Shown in pieces: positions 19,833 through 28,787 of a DNA stretch of 64,000 nt. The DNA comes from Bacteriovoracia bacterium (lineage in GTDB: Bacteria > Bdellovibrionota > UBA1018 > CAIPTA01): positions 160,001-224,000 of the forward strand of contig JBFWVL010000004.1 in the NCBI GenBank assembly GCA_050246755.1, written 5' to 3'. A model generated the notes under the pieces. That model was not told the origin of the DNA and searched no databases. It saw only the letters and a list, made by a program, of their open reading frames with translations. A program made the translations under genes and the position numbers. Every line of letters starts with the position of its first letter. Positions within the stretch are counted from its first letter, which is position 1.

Positions 19833-20879
19833 CTATTTCAGGTACCCACGCTTTTCCTGATCTCTTTCAATCGCGTCGAAGAGCGCTTGGAAATTCCCGT
19901 TGCCGAAGCCCCAGTGATTTTCCCGTTGGATCAGCTCGAAGAAAATCGGGCCGATCATGTTTTTAGTAAAAATTTGGATCAGGTAGCCGGCCTCGTCTCC
20001 GTCGGCGAGGAGGTTGAGCGACTGCAGCTTCTTCACGTCTTCCCATAGAAGAGGCAAGCGGCCTTTGAGGGCCTCGTAGTAGGTTCCGGGAGGTGGATCG
20101 AGGAAAGCCACCTCTTCGCGCATCAATTCTTGCACCGAGTGCATGGCGTTCGAAACGAGGAAGGCCACGTGCTGGATGCCCGAGCCTTTATACTCTTCGA
20201 TATACTCCTGGATCTGGGATTTGCCTTCCGAAGGCTCGTTGATCGGAATCAAAACTTTATACCCGGGGCTCACCATCACTTTGGAGATCAGGCCGGTTTT
20301 CGTGCCCTTGATGTCGAAGTAGCGCACGTTCTGGAAGTTGAAGATCTTCGAATAGAAATCGCACCACTTGTCCATCTCGCCTTTAGGCACGTTATTGGTG
20401 AGGTGGTCGATTTGAAGCAAGCCTTTCTGGGGCACCACGGGATCGTTCGTGGGAGAAAACTGGGCGCGCAGATCGAAACGGCTTTCCACGAAGTAAATCA
20501 GAGAGTCACCGATTCCGTAGACGGCGGGAAACGGCATGGAGCCATCTTTGCCTTCGAAAGGGCGCGCTCCCCTTTTCACCGCGGTTTCAAAGGCGCGTTT
20601 GGCGTTCGTGACTTTCCAGCCCATCGAGCAAATCGAAGGGCCATGCGCCTGATGGAAGTTTTCGGCGAAACAGCGGCCTTCTTCGGTGAGCAAGAAAACG
20701 CATTCGTTTTGCTCGTAGTATTCGATTTTTTTGGCGCCGTGCTTTCCGGTGCGGGTGAAGCCGAGGCGGCGGAAGAGATCGCGCAGGGCCTGGGGCTTGG
20801 CGCTAGTATATTCTAAAAACGCCATGCCCTCGATGCCGACGGGGTTTTCAACGGGCGTAGTTTCTGCGGGAAATGACAT
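19833..20879 (-). CDS. hppD: 4-hydroxyphenylpyruvate dioxygenase
   Basis: IDHLTNNV, SQIQEY...GIQHVA, LIQIFTK, FFELIQR, GFGNGNFQALF. Confidence 0.95.
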   Translation of the reverse strand: MSFPAETTPVENPVGIEGMAFLEYTSAKPQALRDLFRRLGFTRTGKHGAKKIEYYEQNECVFLLTEEGRCFAENFHQAHGPSICSMGWKVTNAKRAFETAVKRGARPFEGKDGSMPFPAVYGIGDSLIYFVESRFDLRAQFSPTNDPVVPQKGLLQIDHLTNNVPKGEMDKWCDFYSKIFNFQNVRYFDIKGTKTGLISKVMVSPGYKVLIPINEPSEGKSQIQEYIEEYKGSGIQHVAFLVSNAMHSVQELMREEVAFLDPPPGTYYEALKGRLPLLWEDVKKLQSLNLLADGDEAGYLIQIFTKNMIGPIFFELIQRENHWGFGNGNFQALFDAIERDQEKRGYLK

Positions 20880-20961
20880 GATGCCTCCTAGAATCGTTTC
20901 CCGGAAAATACCACAGTACGAGGCGCAAAGCCCAACGGATCATGCTAGATTTTTCTGGCAA

Positions 20962-21963
20962 ATGACCACCACCGCCAAGAATTTTTCCGCTTCCCAGCTA
21001 GAGCCTTGGCTCCTTCTCGAGATCACTACGGAATGCAATCTTCGCTGCAAGCATTGCCATCTTTGGCGCACGAAAGAAGGCCCCGCGGCGCTTGCTACCG
21101 AACACAAATTGCAGGTGCTCGAAGAGTTTCGCGACTGGAAAAAAAGCGGGAAGGTGGTTTTCACCGGCGGAGAGGTATTCTTGAAGCCCCGGGAAGTCCT
21201 GAGTCTGGCGCGGCGTAGCCGGGAGCTCGGTCTCCACTCCACCGCCTTGTCGAATGCCACCCTCATCACGGACTCTTTAGAAGAAGTGCTGGAAAGCGGG
21301 CTTTCCCAGCTTAGTATCTCCCTCGATGCCCCCACCGCCGGGGCCTATGATTTCACCCGTGGGGTGGAGGGAACTTTTGCTACAGCCGTGGGCAATATCC
21401 GCAGACTGGTGGAACGGCGCAAAGCCCTGGGCAGCTCCGTGGTGATTACCCTAAACACTATCCTCACCCGTTCGCTACTTCCTTCCCTGCAGAGTCATAT
21501 CGAATTCGCCCGCGGCCTTGGCGTGGATGGAATCTTTTTTTTCCCGCTCGAGGCTACGTTCGCCAATGCGGGCCCTAGTGATCCATTTTACGAAAAAGAA
21601 AAGCTCCTGCCCGATTCTGCCACCGCCGACGCATTTGATTTTTTACTGGCCTACCAGGAAAGTAAGGGCTTCGTGGGAAATCCTCGCGAAGATCTTTTAT
21701 TTGTGCGCGAGAATATCTTTGCGGGCACCGCCGCCAATTGCGTGGCCGGCGAGCGGAACATCATCGTAGATCTCAATGGCCACGTGCGTTTTTGCCATTT
21801 AATGGAACAGCATATTTCCGGTGGTAAAAGCTTAGGCAATATTCGCGACGCTTCGCTCCGCGAGCTGTGTACCTCTTCGGCCTCGACGGGATTCCGGGAA
21901 ATCATGCGCGCCTGCCAAGAGCCTTGCGCTTCGCTCAACTGCAATCGCCCTACCGTGCAATGA
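20962..21963 (+). CDS. Radical SAM protein with Cys-rich SPASM/twitch-like C-terminus
   Basis: CNLRCKHC, FTGGE, ISLDA; C-terminal CVAG...NGHVRFC...LGNI...CQEPCASLNC. Confidence 0.85.
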   Translation: MTTTAKNFSASQLEPWLLLEITTECNLRCKHCHLWRTKEGPAALATEHKLQVLEEFRDWKKSGKVVFTGGEVFLKPREVLSLARRSRELGLHSTALSNATLITDSLEEVLESGLSQLSISLDAPTAGAYDFTRGVEGTFATAVGNIRRLVERRKALGSSVVITLNTILTRSLLPSLQSHIEFARGLGVDGIFFFPLEATFANAGPSDPFYEKEKLLPDSATADAFDFLLAYQESKGFVGNPREDLLFVRENIFAGTAANCVAGERNIIVDLNGHVRFCHLMEQHISGGKSLGNIRDASLRELCTSSASTGFREIMRACQEPCASLNCNRPTVQ

Positions 21964-22694
21964 ATGGAGTTCCTTTGAGCGAAAAAGAAAATAAAGTGAT
22001 CATTTTCACCGACGGCGCCTGCTCGGGAAATCCTGGGCCTGGCGGCTGGGCGGCCATTCTGGTTTCTCCGCTTGGCAAGGTGATGGAGCTCGGCGGCGCC
22101 GCTCCTCACACCACCAATAATAAAATGGAGCTCACGGCTACGGTGGAGGCCTTGCTGGCGCTCACCCGCGTGACCACCCTTTCCACTAAAGAGGTAAAGC
22201 TCTATACCGATTCCAAGTACGTGATTCAGGGAATCACCGAGTGGATACACGGCTGGAAGCGGAACAACTGGAAAACTTCTGCGGGCACCGACGTTTCCAA
22301 TAAGGAAATTTGGGAACAGCTCGATACGGTGGTGGCCCAGTTTAAGATCGAATGGCTCTATGTGCCCGGCCATAGTGGTTTTGCCGGCAACGAGCGCTGC
22401 GATGAAATCGCGGTGGCCTTTTCGAAGAACTATCCCGTTAGCCTCTTCAAGGGGGCGCAGAGCGATTACCGCCTGAAGCTCGATGATATGCCACCTTCCG
22501 GAGCTCCCTCCTCGCGGGGAAAAGCGAAAAAGGGAAAGCCCCTCTATCTTTCCTACGTGGACGGCAAACTCCACCGCGACGCCGACTGGAAGAGCTGCGA
22601 AGCCCGCGTGAAGGGCAAACACGGCGCGCGTTTCAAGCGTGTAGATTCACCGCAGGAAGAAGATGCGATCCTGCATTCCTGGGGATTAAAGTAA
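21960..22694 (+). CDS. rnhA: Ribonuclease HI with C-terminal hybrid-binding (viroplasmin-like) domain
   Basis: FTDGACSGNPGPGG, TTNNKMEL, TDSKYV, GHSG..GNERCD; tail WKSCEARVKG..GARFK. Confidence 0.9.
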   Translation: MNGVPLSEKENKVIIFTDGACSGNPGPGGWAAILVSPLGKVMELGGAAPHTTNNKMELTATVEALLALTRVTTLSTKEVKLYTDSKYVIQGITEWIHGWKRNNWKTSAGTDVSNKEIWEQLDTVVAQFKIEWLYVPGHSGFAGNERCDEIAVAFSKNYPVSLFKGAQSDYRLKLDDMPPSGAPSSRGKAKKGKPLYLSYVDGKLHRDADWKSCEARVKGKHGARFKRVDSPQEEDAILHSWGLK

Positions 22695-22758
22695 TTTTTG
22701 AGGTGTCCATTTGAGCGCACGAACTTGATCTGTTAGATCAGGGGTAAGGAGAAAAGCG

Positions 22759-23370
22759 ATGAAATATTTAGTGATGATTTTATTATTGGTGCCAGCGTTT
22801 GCGCAGGCAGATGATCGCTTCGGCGTGATCGGCGGGCTAACTTTCGCCAACGTGCGCGGAGCCGGCGACGGCTACGATTGGCAGAGCTATTTCTTGCCTG
22901 GTTTCTATGCAGATTTGGGCCTCTCGGAGAACGCTTTTATTACGCCGCAGCTTCGCTATATGCGCAAAGGCGCGAGCCTAGCGGACACGATCACTTCCGG
23001 TTATGCCGACATCACCTTGGCCTTGAAGTATTTGGAGCTACCCATCTATTTTAAATATAAATTTCCCGGCGGTACCAGCGTGCGCCCGAATCTTTTCGTA
23101 GGCCCGGCCTTCGGCGTAAAATTGGGGGAATCCATCTCCGTAACGGATCGTTTCACGGGCAAGGTAACCACCCTTCGTCATTTAGATAGCGGTAGCCTTA
23201 GAAAATACGATGTAGCCCTGGAGGCAGGAGGCGGCGTGGAATTCATGCTTTCGGCGGATATGGTGGGTAGCCTTTCCGTGGCCTACTCTTACGGGCTCAT
23301 CGATCTGGACAAAGAAGCCACCAAGGTAAAAACCCAAGGCATTCAAGTTTACGCGGGCATTGGCTTTTAA
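22759..23370 (+). CDS. Outer-membrane beta-barrel (porin-family-like) protein
   Basis: Signal peptide, alternating beta strands, YLELPI, C-terminal YAGIGF. Confidence 0.75.
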   Translation: MKYLVMILLLVPAFAQADDRFGVIGGLTFANVRGAGDGYDWQSYFLPGFYADLGLSENAFITPQLRYMRKGASLADTITSGYADITLALKYLELPIYFKYKFPGGTSVRPNLFVGPAFGVKLGESISVTDRFTGKVTTLRHLDSGSLRKYDVALEAGGGVEFMLSADMVGSLSVAYSYGLIDLDKEATKVKTQGIQVYAGIGF

Positions 23371-23390
23371 CGTACCGCTTCAAAATAAAG

Positions 23391-23410
23391 CCCACCCAAT
23401 TTTGGGTGGG
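23391..23410. terminator. Hairpin or terminator between the OMP gene and ahcY
   Basis: CCCACCCAA-TT-TTGGGTGGG. Confidence 0.55.
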
Positions 23411-23453
23411 TATTCTGGCTATTTACGGTCACTTAACGTAAATTAGCGCCCAT

Positions 23454-24833
23454 ATGACTACCAAAGCAAAATCCAAAGCCAAAGGCACCAAAACGTTCGC
23501 ATTCTCTCCGAAAGACGCTGATTACCGCGTTTGCGAAGAAGCGATGAACGATCCCAAAAAATTCGCCGAACTCGCCCGCTGGGGACGCGAAGAAATCAAT
23601 ATCGCCGAGACTGAAATGCCGGGCTTGATGTCGATCCGCAAAGAGTTCGGCAAGTCTAAGCCGCTCAAAGGCGCTCGCATCGCCGGTTGCTTGCATATGA
23701 CTATCCAAACGGCAGTGCTGATCGAAACCTTGATCGACCTCGGCGCCGAAGTGCGCTGGAGCAGCTGCAATATTTTCTCCACTCAGGATCACGCCGCCGT
23801 GGCCATGGCCGCTGTGGGCGTTCCCGTATTTGCCTGGAAGGGTGAAACCCTCCAGGAAGCCGACTGGTGCATCGAGCAGACCATCGAAGGCTGGGGCCCC
23901 AAGAGCTTCAACATGATTCTCGACGACGGCGGCGACCTTACCGCGATGGTGCATAACAAATACCCTCAGATCGTGAAAAACATCATCGGCATCAGCGAGG
24001 AAACCACCACCGGCGTGCACCACCTCATGATGATGCTAAAAGCCGGCAAGCTGAAGATGCCCGCTATCAACGTGAACGATTCCGTGACGAAATCCAAATT
24101 CGATAATCTCTATGGCTGCCGCGAATCCCTCGCCGATGGCATCAAGCGCGCCACCGACGTGATGATGGCCGGTAAAGTGGCCGTAGTGGCCGGTTACGGC
24201 GATGTGGGAAAAGGTTCTGCTCAATCCCTCCGCATGTACGGCTGCCGCGTGCTCATCACCGAGATCGACCCCATTTGCGCCCTTCAGGCCGCGATGGAAG
24301 GCTACGAAGTGACCACGATGGAAGAAGCCGTGAAAGAAGCGGATATCCTCGTTACCGCCACCGGCTGCACCGATATCATCACGAAGGAGCACTTCGAGAA
24401 GATGAAAGACGGCGCCATCGTTTGCAATATCGGCCATTTCGATATCGAGATCGATATGGCTTGGCTCAATAATAATTCCAAGATTACGGAAGTGAAGCCG
24501 CAGGTAGATATTCACACCATGAAGAGCGGTAAGCGCATCATCGTGCTCGCCAAGGGCCGTCTCGTGAACCTAGGTTGCGGCACGGGCCACCCCAGCTTCG
24601 TGATGTCGAACTCTTTTTCGAACCAAGTTTTGGCGCAGATCGAGCTCTACACAAATACTTCGAAGTACAAGAAAATCGACGTATACCGCTTGCCCAAGCA
24701 TTTGGACGAAAAAGTGGCCGCTCTTCACCTCGAGAAAATCGGCGTGAAGCTCTCGAAACTCACCAAAAAACAGGCCGAATACCTGACCGTTTCCCAGGCT
24801 GGCCCGTTCAAGCCGGACCATTACCGCTATTAG
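23454..24833 (+). CDS. ahcY: Adenosylhomocysteinase
   Basis: [54 protein letters not shown]. Confidence 0.97.
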   Translation: MTTKAKSKAKGTKTFAFSPKDADYRVCEEAMNDPKKFAELARWGREEINIAETEMPGLMSIRKEFGKSKPLKGARIAGCLHMTIQTAVLIETLIDLGAEVRWSSCNIFSTQDHAAVAMAAVGVPVFAWKGETLQEADWCIEQTIEGWGPKSFNMILDDGGDLTAMVHNKYPQIVKNIIGISEETTTGVHHLMMMLKAGKLKMPAINVNDSVTKSKFDNLYGCRESLADGIKRATDVMMAGKVAVVAGYGDVGKGSAQSLRMYGCRVLITEIDPICALQAAMEGYEVTTMEEAVKEADILVTATGCTDIITKEHFEKMKDGAIVCNIGHFDIEIDMAWLNNNSKITEVKPQVDIHTMKSGKRIIVLAKGRLVNLGCGTGHPSFVMSNSFSNQVLAQIELYTNTSKYKKIDVYRLPKHLDEKVAALHLEKIGVKLSKLTKKQAEYLTVSQAGPFKPDHYRY

Positions 24834-24848
24834 GGCGCACTAGAAGCG

Positions 24849-24877
24849 GCCGCTTGGCGCAAGCCAGGCGGCTTTTT
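24849..24877 (+). terminator. Intrinsic terminator after ahcY
   Basis: GCCGCTTGGC-GCAA-GCCAGGCGGC followed by TTTTT. Confidence 0.8.
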
Positions 24878-24969
24878 CTATTTTGACGCAGCAATTAGCC
24901 GCATCGGACTTTTTGTGGACTGCGTTGAAAACTCGGGATAAAGGTTCTCCATCTCATTTTGGAGCTTTT

Positions 24970-25329
24970 ATGAAAATCCTCGTCCTACTCTTAGCTTTTT
25001 CCGCCCCTGCCTTCGCCACCGAAGATATGCCCACCTACGGCCGCGCTCCCGCGCCGAATAATTCCTACCTCGCCCTCTACGAAAACGGCGTGGAAAAAGC
25101 CTCCTACGACGTGATGAGCTTCTCGCTCCAAGGGGCTCCTGCCCGCATCATGATCTACGGTGCCCGCGAACGCTCCCACGGATCTTGCACGATTTCCAAA
25201 GAACTGGCTTCCAGCCAAGGCATGAGTCTGGGCGAAATCGGCCTAATGCTCCAAAACGGAATCTCCCTCCATTGCGAAATCGGCCAGAATGCTATGGCCT
25301 CTAGCTTTTGGATCTATCACCGGAACTAA
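24970..25329 (+). CDS. Small hypothetical secreted protein
   Basis: GGAG then MKILVLLLAFSAPAFA signal peptide; two Cys. Confidence 0.65.
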   Translation: MKILVLLLAFSAPAFATEDMPTYGRAPAPNNSYLALYENGVEKASYDVMSFSLQGAPARIMIYGARERSHGSCTISKELASSQGMSLGEIGLMLQNGISLHCEIGQNAMASSFWIYHRN

Positions 25330-25347
25330 AAGCTAAGCGGAGTTGCG

Positions 25348-26841
25348 ATGCTGCGTTTGATCCCTGTGCTTTTCTTCCTCGCTCTTTCCGCCCACGCCGC
25401 CGATTCCATTCAAATCCAGCTCACCCGTGAGCCCAGCACGCTCGATCCCATGCAGGTGAACGACGTCTATGGCTTCGGTGTGATCTCGAACGTGGTGGAA
25501 GGCCTGCTCCGCATCGATGGCCGCGGAAAGCTGGAAAACGGGCTAGCCGCCTCTTATAAGCTAGGCAATAAAAATCTCCGCTACGAATTCGTGATCCGCG
25601 ACACGGCGAAATGGTCCGACGGGGTGCCCGTTTCCGCCGACGATTTCGTGTTCGGCCTGCGCCAGGCGCTGAGCGCCAAGGTGGCGGCGCGGGACGCCGA
25701 TCTGCTCTTTGCGATTAAAGGCGCCAAGGATTACTTCGCCGGGAAATCGGAAAGCCTAGGAGTGTTCCGTAAAGGAAAGAATCTCGTGATCGATCTCGAT
25801 CACCCCGACTCCGCTTTTTTGCAGGTTCTATCGATGCCGCTGGCCGCGCCCGTGCGCAAAGATATCTGGGAAAAAAATAAAGGCGTTTGGAATTTCAGCG
25901 ATCCCGTTACCGGACGCTACCGAATTACTTCCTACAAGCTAGACCGCAAAATCGAACTTGAGCCCAACCCTTTCAATAATTCTCCTGGCCAGCTGCCGAT
26001 TACCTATAAGGTAGTTGCGGAAGAGGCCACCGCCCTGAATCTTTTCGAAACCGGCAACCTTGATATTATTTCTTCGATTCCCAAAACCGAGATCAAAAGA
26101 CTACGTGAAAAGAACCTGATCCAATCGAGCCCCGGAGCCGCCACCTATTTCCTCACCTTCGATATCACTCAGACCCCTTTTCGGGATCTGAATTGGCGCA
26201 AGGCATTCGCCGCGGCGATCGATCGCAAGAGCCTCGCCGCCGTGATGGGCGATACCTTCACGCCCACTTCGAGCTATATTCCGCTCGCGATCGATGGCTA
26301 TAAGTTCTTCGGGAATACCGATTTTATGGCGGCCCTCAATAAGGTAAAGCAATCGGGGGTGAAGCCCGCGGTGAAGATTTTGTTCGGTTCTTCGGCGAAT
26401 GGAAATTTGGTGATGCAAAAATTGCAGGCCGATTTTTCAAAGAATCTCGGCCTAAAAGTTTCGCTGGAGCCCATGGAATGGAAGGCTTTCCTCGGCCGCC
26501 TGGCCGCAAATTCTACCCAAGTTTTTCTGATGGGGCTCACGGCGCCCTATAACGATCCGATGAGCCACCTGAAGCGTTTTAAGAGCGATGAGGCCGACAA
26601 CCACTCTCACTACCAAAATCCCGCCTACGACGAATTGGTGCAGAAAATTGTTGAAACGCCGGTGGGCACAGCCCGCACCAAGCTAATCCAGAAAGCGCAT
26701 GAGCTGATCGTGGCTAAGGACGCGGTGGTGGTGCCCCTTCTCGAAGCGCAGCAAATTTTCGGCGTGGGGCCCTCGATCGCGGGCTTTATGGTGAACCCCT
26801 TCACGGTGATTCAGCTCGATCGACTGAGAAAAACAAAGTGA
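25348..26841 (+). CDS. Peptide ABC transporter substrate-binding protein (OppA/family 5), no permease genes adjacent
   Basis: EPSTLDP, EGL, AKWSDGVPVSADDF, TGRYRI, RKAFAAAIDR. Confidence 0.85.
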   Translation: MLRLIPVLFFLALSAHAADSIQIQLTREPSTLDPMQVNDVYGFGVISNVVEGLLRIDGRGKLENGLAASYKLGNKNLRYEFVIRDTAKWSDGVPVSADDFVFGLRQALSAKVAARDADLLFAIKGAKDYFAGKSESLGVFRKGKNLVIDLDHPDSAFLQVLSMPLAAPVRKDIWEKNKGVWNFSDPVTGRYRITSYKLDRKIELEPNPFNNSPGQLPITYKVVAEEATALNLFETGNLDIISSIPKTEIKRLREKNLIQSSPGAATYFLTFDITQTPFRDLNWRKAFAAAIDRKSLAAVMGDTFTPTSSYIPLAIDGYKFFGNTDFMAALNKVKQSGVKPAVKILFGSSANGNLVMQKLQADFSKNLGLKVSLEPMEWKAFLGRLAANSTQVFLMGLTAPYNDPMSHLKRFKSDEADNHSHYQNPAYDELVQKIVETPVGTARTKLIQKAHELIVAKDAVVVPLLEAQQIFGVGPSIAGFMVNPFTVIQLDRLRKTK

Positions 26842-26844
26842 GGG

Positions 26845-28005
26845 TTAGTCGCGGTGGGTTCCCGGTTTATCCAGAACAAAAAATAGCACTCCCGCGCCCG
26901 CTAAGGCCGCCACCGAAGAGCCCACAAGGATTCCCGCCTTAGAAACCATTTCCAGTTCCGCCGGCAGCGCGAGGCCCCCGATAAAAAGAGCCATCGTGAA
27001 ACCGATTCCTCCCACCAGCCCCACGCCGGCAATTTGGCTCCAGCGCAGCCCTTTGGGAAGTTCGGCGATTTTCAGGAGCGTACCGAGCCAGCTAAGCAGA
27101 ACGATCCCGATTGGTTTTCCAAAAATCAGGCCAAAGCCGATGCCGAGAGACACGGGGTGCGCGATCAATTCCCCAAAATTGTTTCCTCGCAGATCCACGC
27201 CCGCGTTTGCCAGCGCAAAGATAGGCATAATGAGAAAGTTTACGAAGGGATGAAGCAGCTCCACAAGATCGTTCAAGGGAGATTCGATGCGGCCTTCATC
27301 GTTGCGGATACCCAGCGGGGTGAGAAAGCCCAGGATCACGCCGGCCACCGTGGCATGCACTCCCGAGCGCAGGAAGAAGAACCAGGCCGCAGTGCCGAGA
27401 GCGATATAGGTGGCGTAACAGCGGAAGCGGAAGATGCGCGCTAAGTAAATAAGTAAAAATACTCCCGCGGCCGCGAGAAGGTAAAGAAAGGCAATTTTCT
27501 GGGTATAGAAAAAGGCGATTACCAGCACGGCTCCGAGATCGTCCACGATGGCGAGGGCCAGTAGAAAAACTTTTAGAGAAAAAGGAACACGCTTACCAAA
27601 AACCGACAACAAGCTAACGGCAAAGGCAATATCGGTGGCCATAGGAATTCCCCAGCCATGCGCGGCCGGGCCGCTAAGATTAAAAAAGTGGTAGATGGCG
27701 GCGGGAAAAAGCATTCCGCCGATGGCAGCCAAGATGGGAAGTCCCGCTTTCTTTGGCGTGGAAAGCTCGCCGACCACCAGCTCGTGCTTGATTTCCATGC
27801 CCACGACGAAAAAGAAAATCGCCATGAGCCCATCGTTGATCCAGTGATGGAGTGTGAGGCTAAAAAACGTGAAGTTTAAGGCGTGAGTGTAGGTTTCGTT
27901 GAGGGGGCTATTAGCAATTACCAGCGCTACGAGCGTGCAGGCGGCGAGGAGGATTCCCGAGGCGGCTTCTAAGTGGAGGAATTTTTGTAAAAAGGTCATA
28001 TTCAT
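26845..28005 (-). CDS. nhaA: Na+/H+ antiporter NhaA
   Basis: WINDGLMAIFFF, GWGIPMATDIAFA, LAIVDDLGA, GIGFTMALFI. Confidence 0.95.
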   Translation of the reverse strand: MNMTFLQKFLHLEAASGILLAACTLVALVIANSPLNETYTHALNFTFFSLTLHHWINDGLMAIFFFVVGMEIKHELVVGELSTPKKAGLPILAAIGGMLFPAAIYHFFNLSGPAAHGWGIPMATDIAFAVSLLSVFGKRVPFSLKVFLLALAIVDDLGAVLVIAFFYTQKIAFLYLLAAAGVFLLIYLARIFRFRCYATYIALGTAAWFFFLRSGVHATVAGVILGFLTPLGIRNDEGRIESPLNDLVELLHPFVNFLIMPIFALANAGVDLRGNNFGELIAHPVSLGIGFGLIFGKPIGIVLLSWLGTLLKIAELPKGLRWSQIAGVGLVGGIGFTMALFIGGLALPAELEMVSKAGILVGSSVAALAGAGVLFFVLDKPGTHRD

Positions 28006-28787
28006 TAGGGGTTCTTTAAATAAATATCATAACGAACCGTTTTCCCCTCCAGGGAAAAATCCGGCTCACGGCCCACCGCGATGGTGGGCGCATCGTCGGG
28101 TCTTTTCACCACCACCCGCTTACGCGCTTTCGCCCAGGCGGCTTTGAATAAATCTAGCACATCGGGATCCTTGCCCACGAGCTCGCGGTAGAGTTGCATT
28201 TCCTTTTTTTGCTTGGCGCTCTTGGTTTCATCGCGGGGATACATGGGATCTAGGAAGATTGCGTCGAATGCCGGGGTTTGAGGATCGGCCATGAAATCTT
28301 TGGAATCGCCGAAGTGGAAATAAAGCGGAAATTCTTCGAAGCGTCCCATTTCCTTCACGCGTAAAAATGCGTTCATCACGAGCTCGGCCGCCACGGGGTG
28401 ACGCTCGCAGGCATAGACTTCCACTTCGGGAAAGGTAGCGAGGAAGAAAGCGTCGTAGCCGAAGCCGCAGGTGGCGTCGAGGATGGTGCGCGTGCCCTTT
28501 TTTAGGCCCAAAGCTTTGGCCAGCATGTCGTTACGAGAGGCGCCCTTCCAGCGGCGGGCGAAATCTCCCGCGAGGAAATCGATGGTGATGGGCTTGAAGT
28601 CCGGATGGCCGGGGCAGAAAAGATAGAGCGCCTCGTCTTCGTAAAATAAAATCCATTCGGCGCCGTCGGGCGGCTCCTCGGAATTCACGAGCTTCACGCC
28701 GAGGCGCTGGGCGAGCTTGAGGCTTTCCGTGTCTTCCTCGTCCACGCCCCACACGATGAGCCCCGCGGGCAAGGCGGAATTAGGCAT
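28005..28787 (-). CDS. rsmJ: RsmJ-like SAM-dependent rRNA methyltransferase
   Basis: ILDATCGFGYDAF, IFLDPMYP, KKEMQ, RVVVKRP, RYDIY. Confidence 0.8.
   Translation of the reverse strand: MPNSALPAGLIVWGVDEEDTESLKLAQRLGVKLVNSEEPPDGAEWILFYEDEALYLFCPGHPDFKPITIDFLAGDFARRWKGASRNDMLAKALGLKKGTRTILDATCGFGYDAFFLATFPEVEVYACERHPVAAELVMNAFLRVKEMGRFEEFPLYFHFGDSKDFMADPQTPAFDAIFLDPMYPRDETKSAKQKKEMQLYRELVGKDPDVLDLFKAAWAKARKRVVVKRPDDAPTIAVGREPDFSLEGKTVRYDIYLKNP

Noticed and set aside
23371-23453. Possible SAH/SAM riboswitch upstream of ahcY
   Set aside because: Only a simple hairpin and a -10-like box close to the ATG; no aptamer consensus and little room for one.
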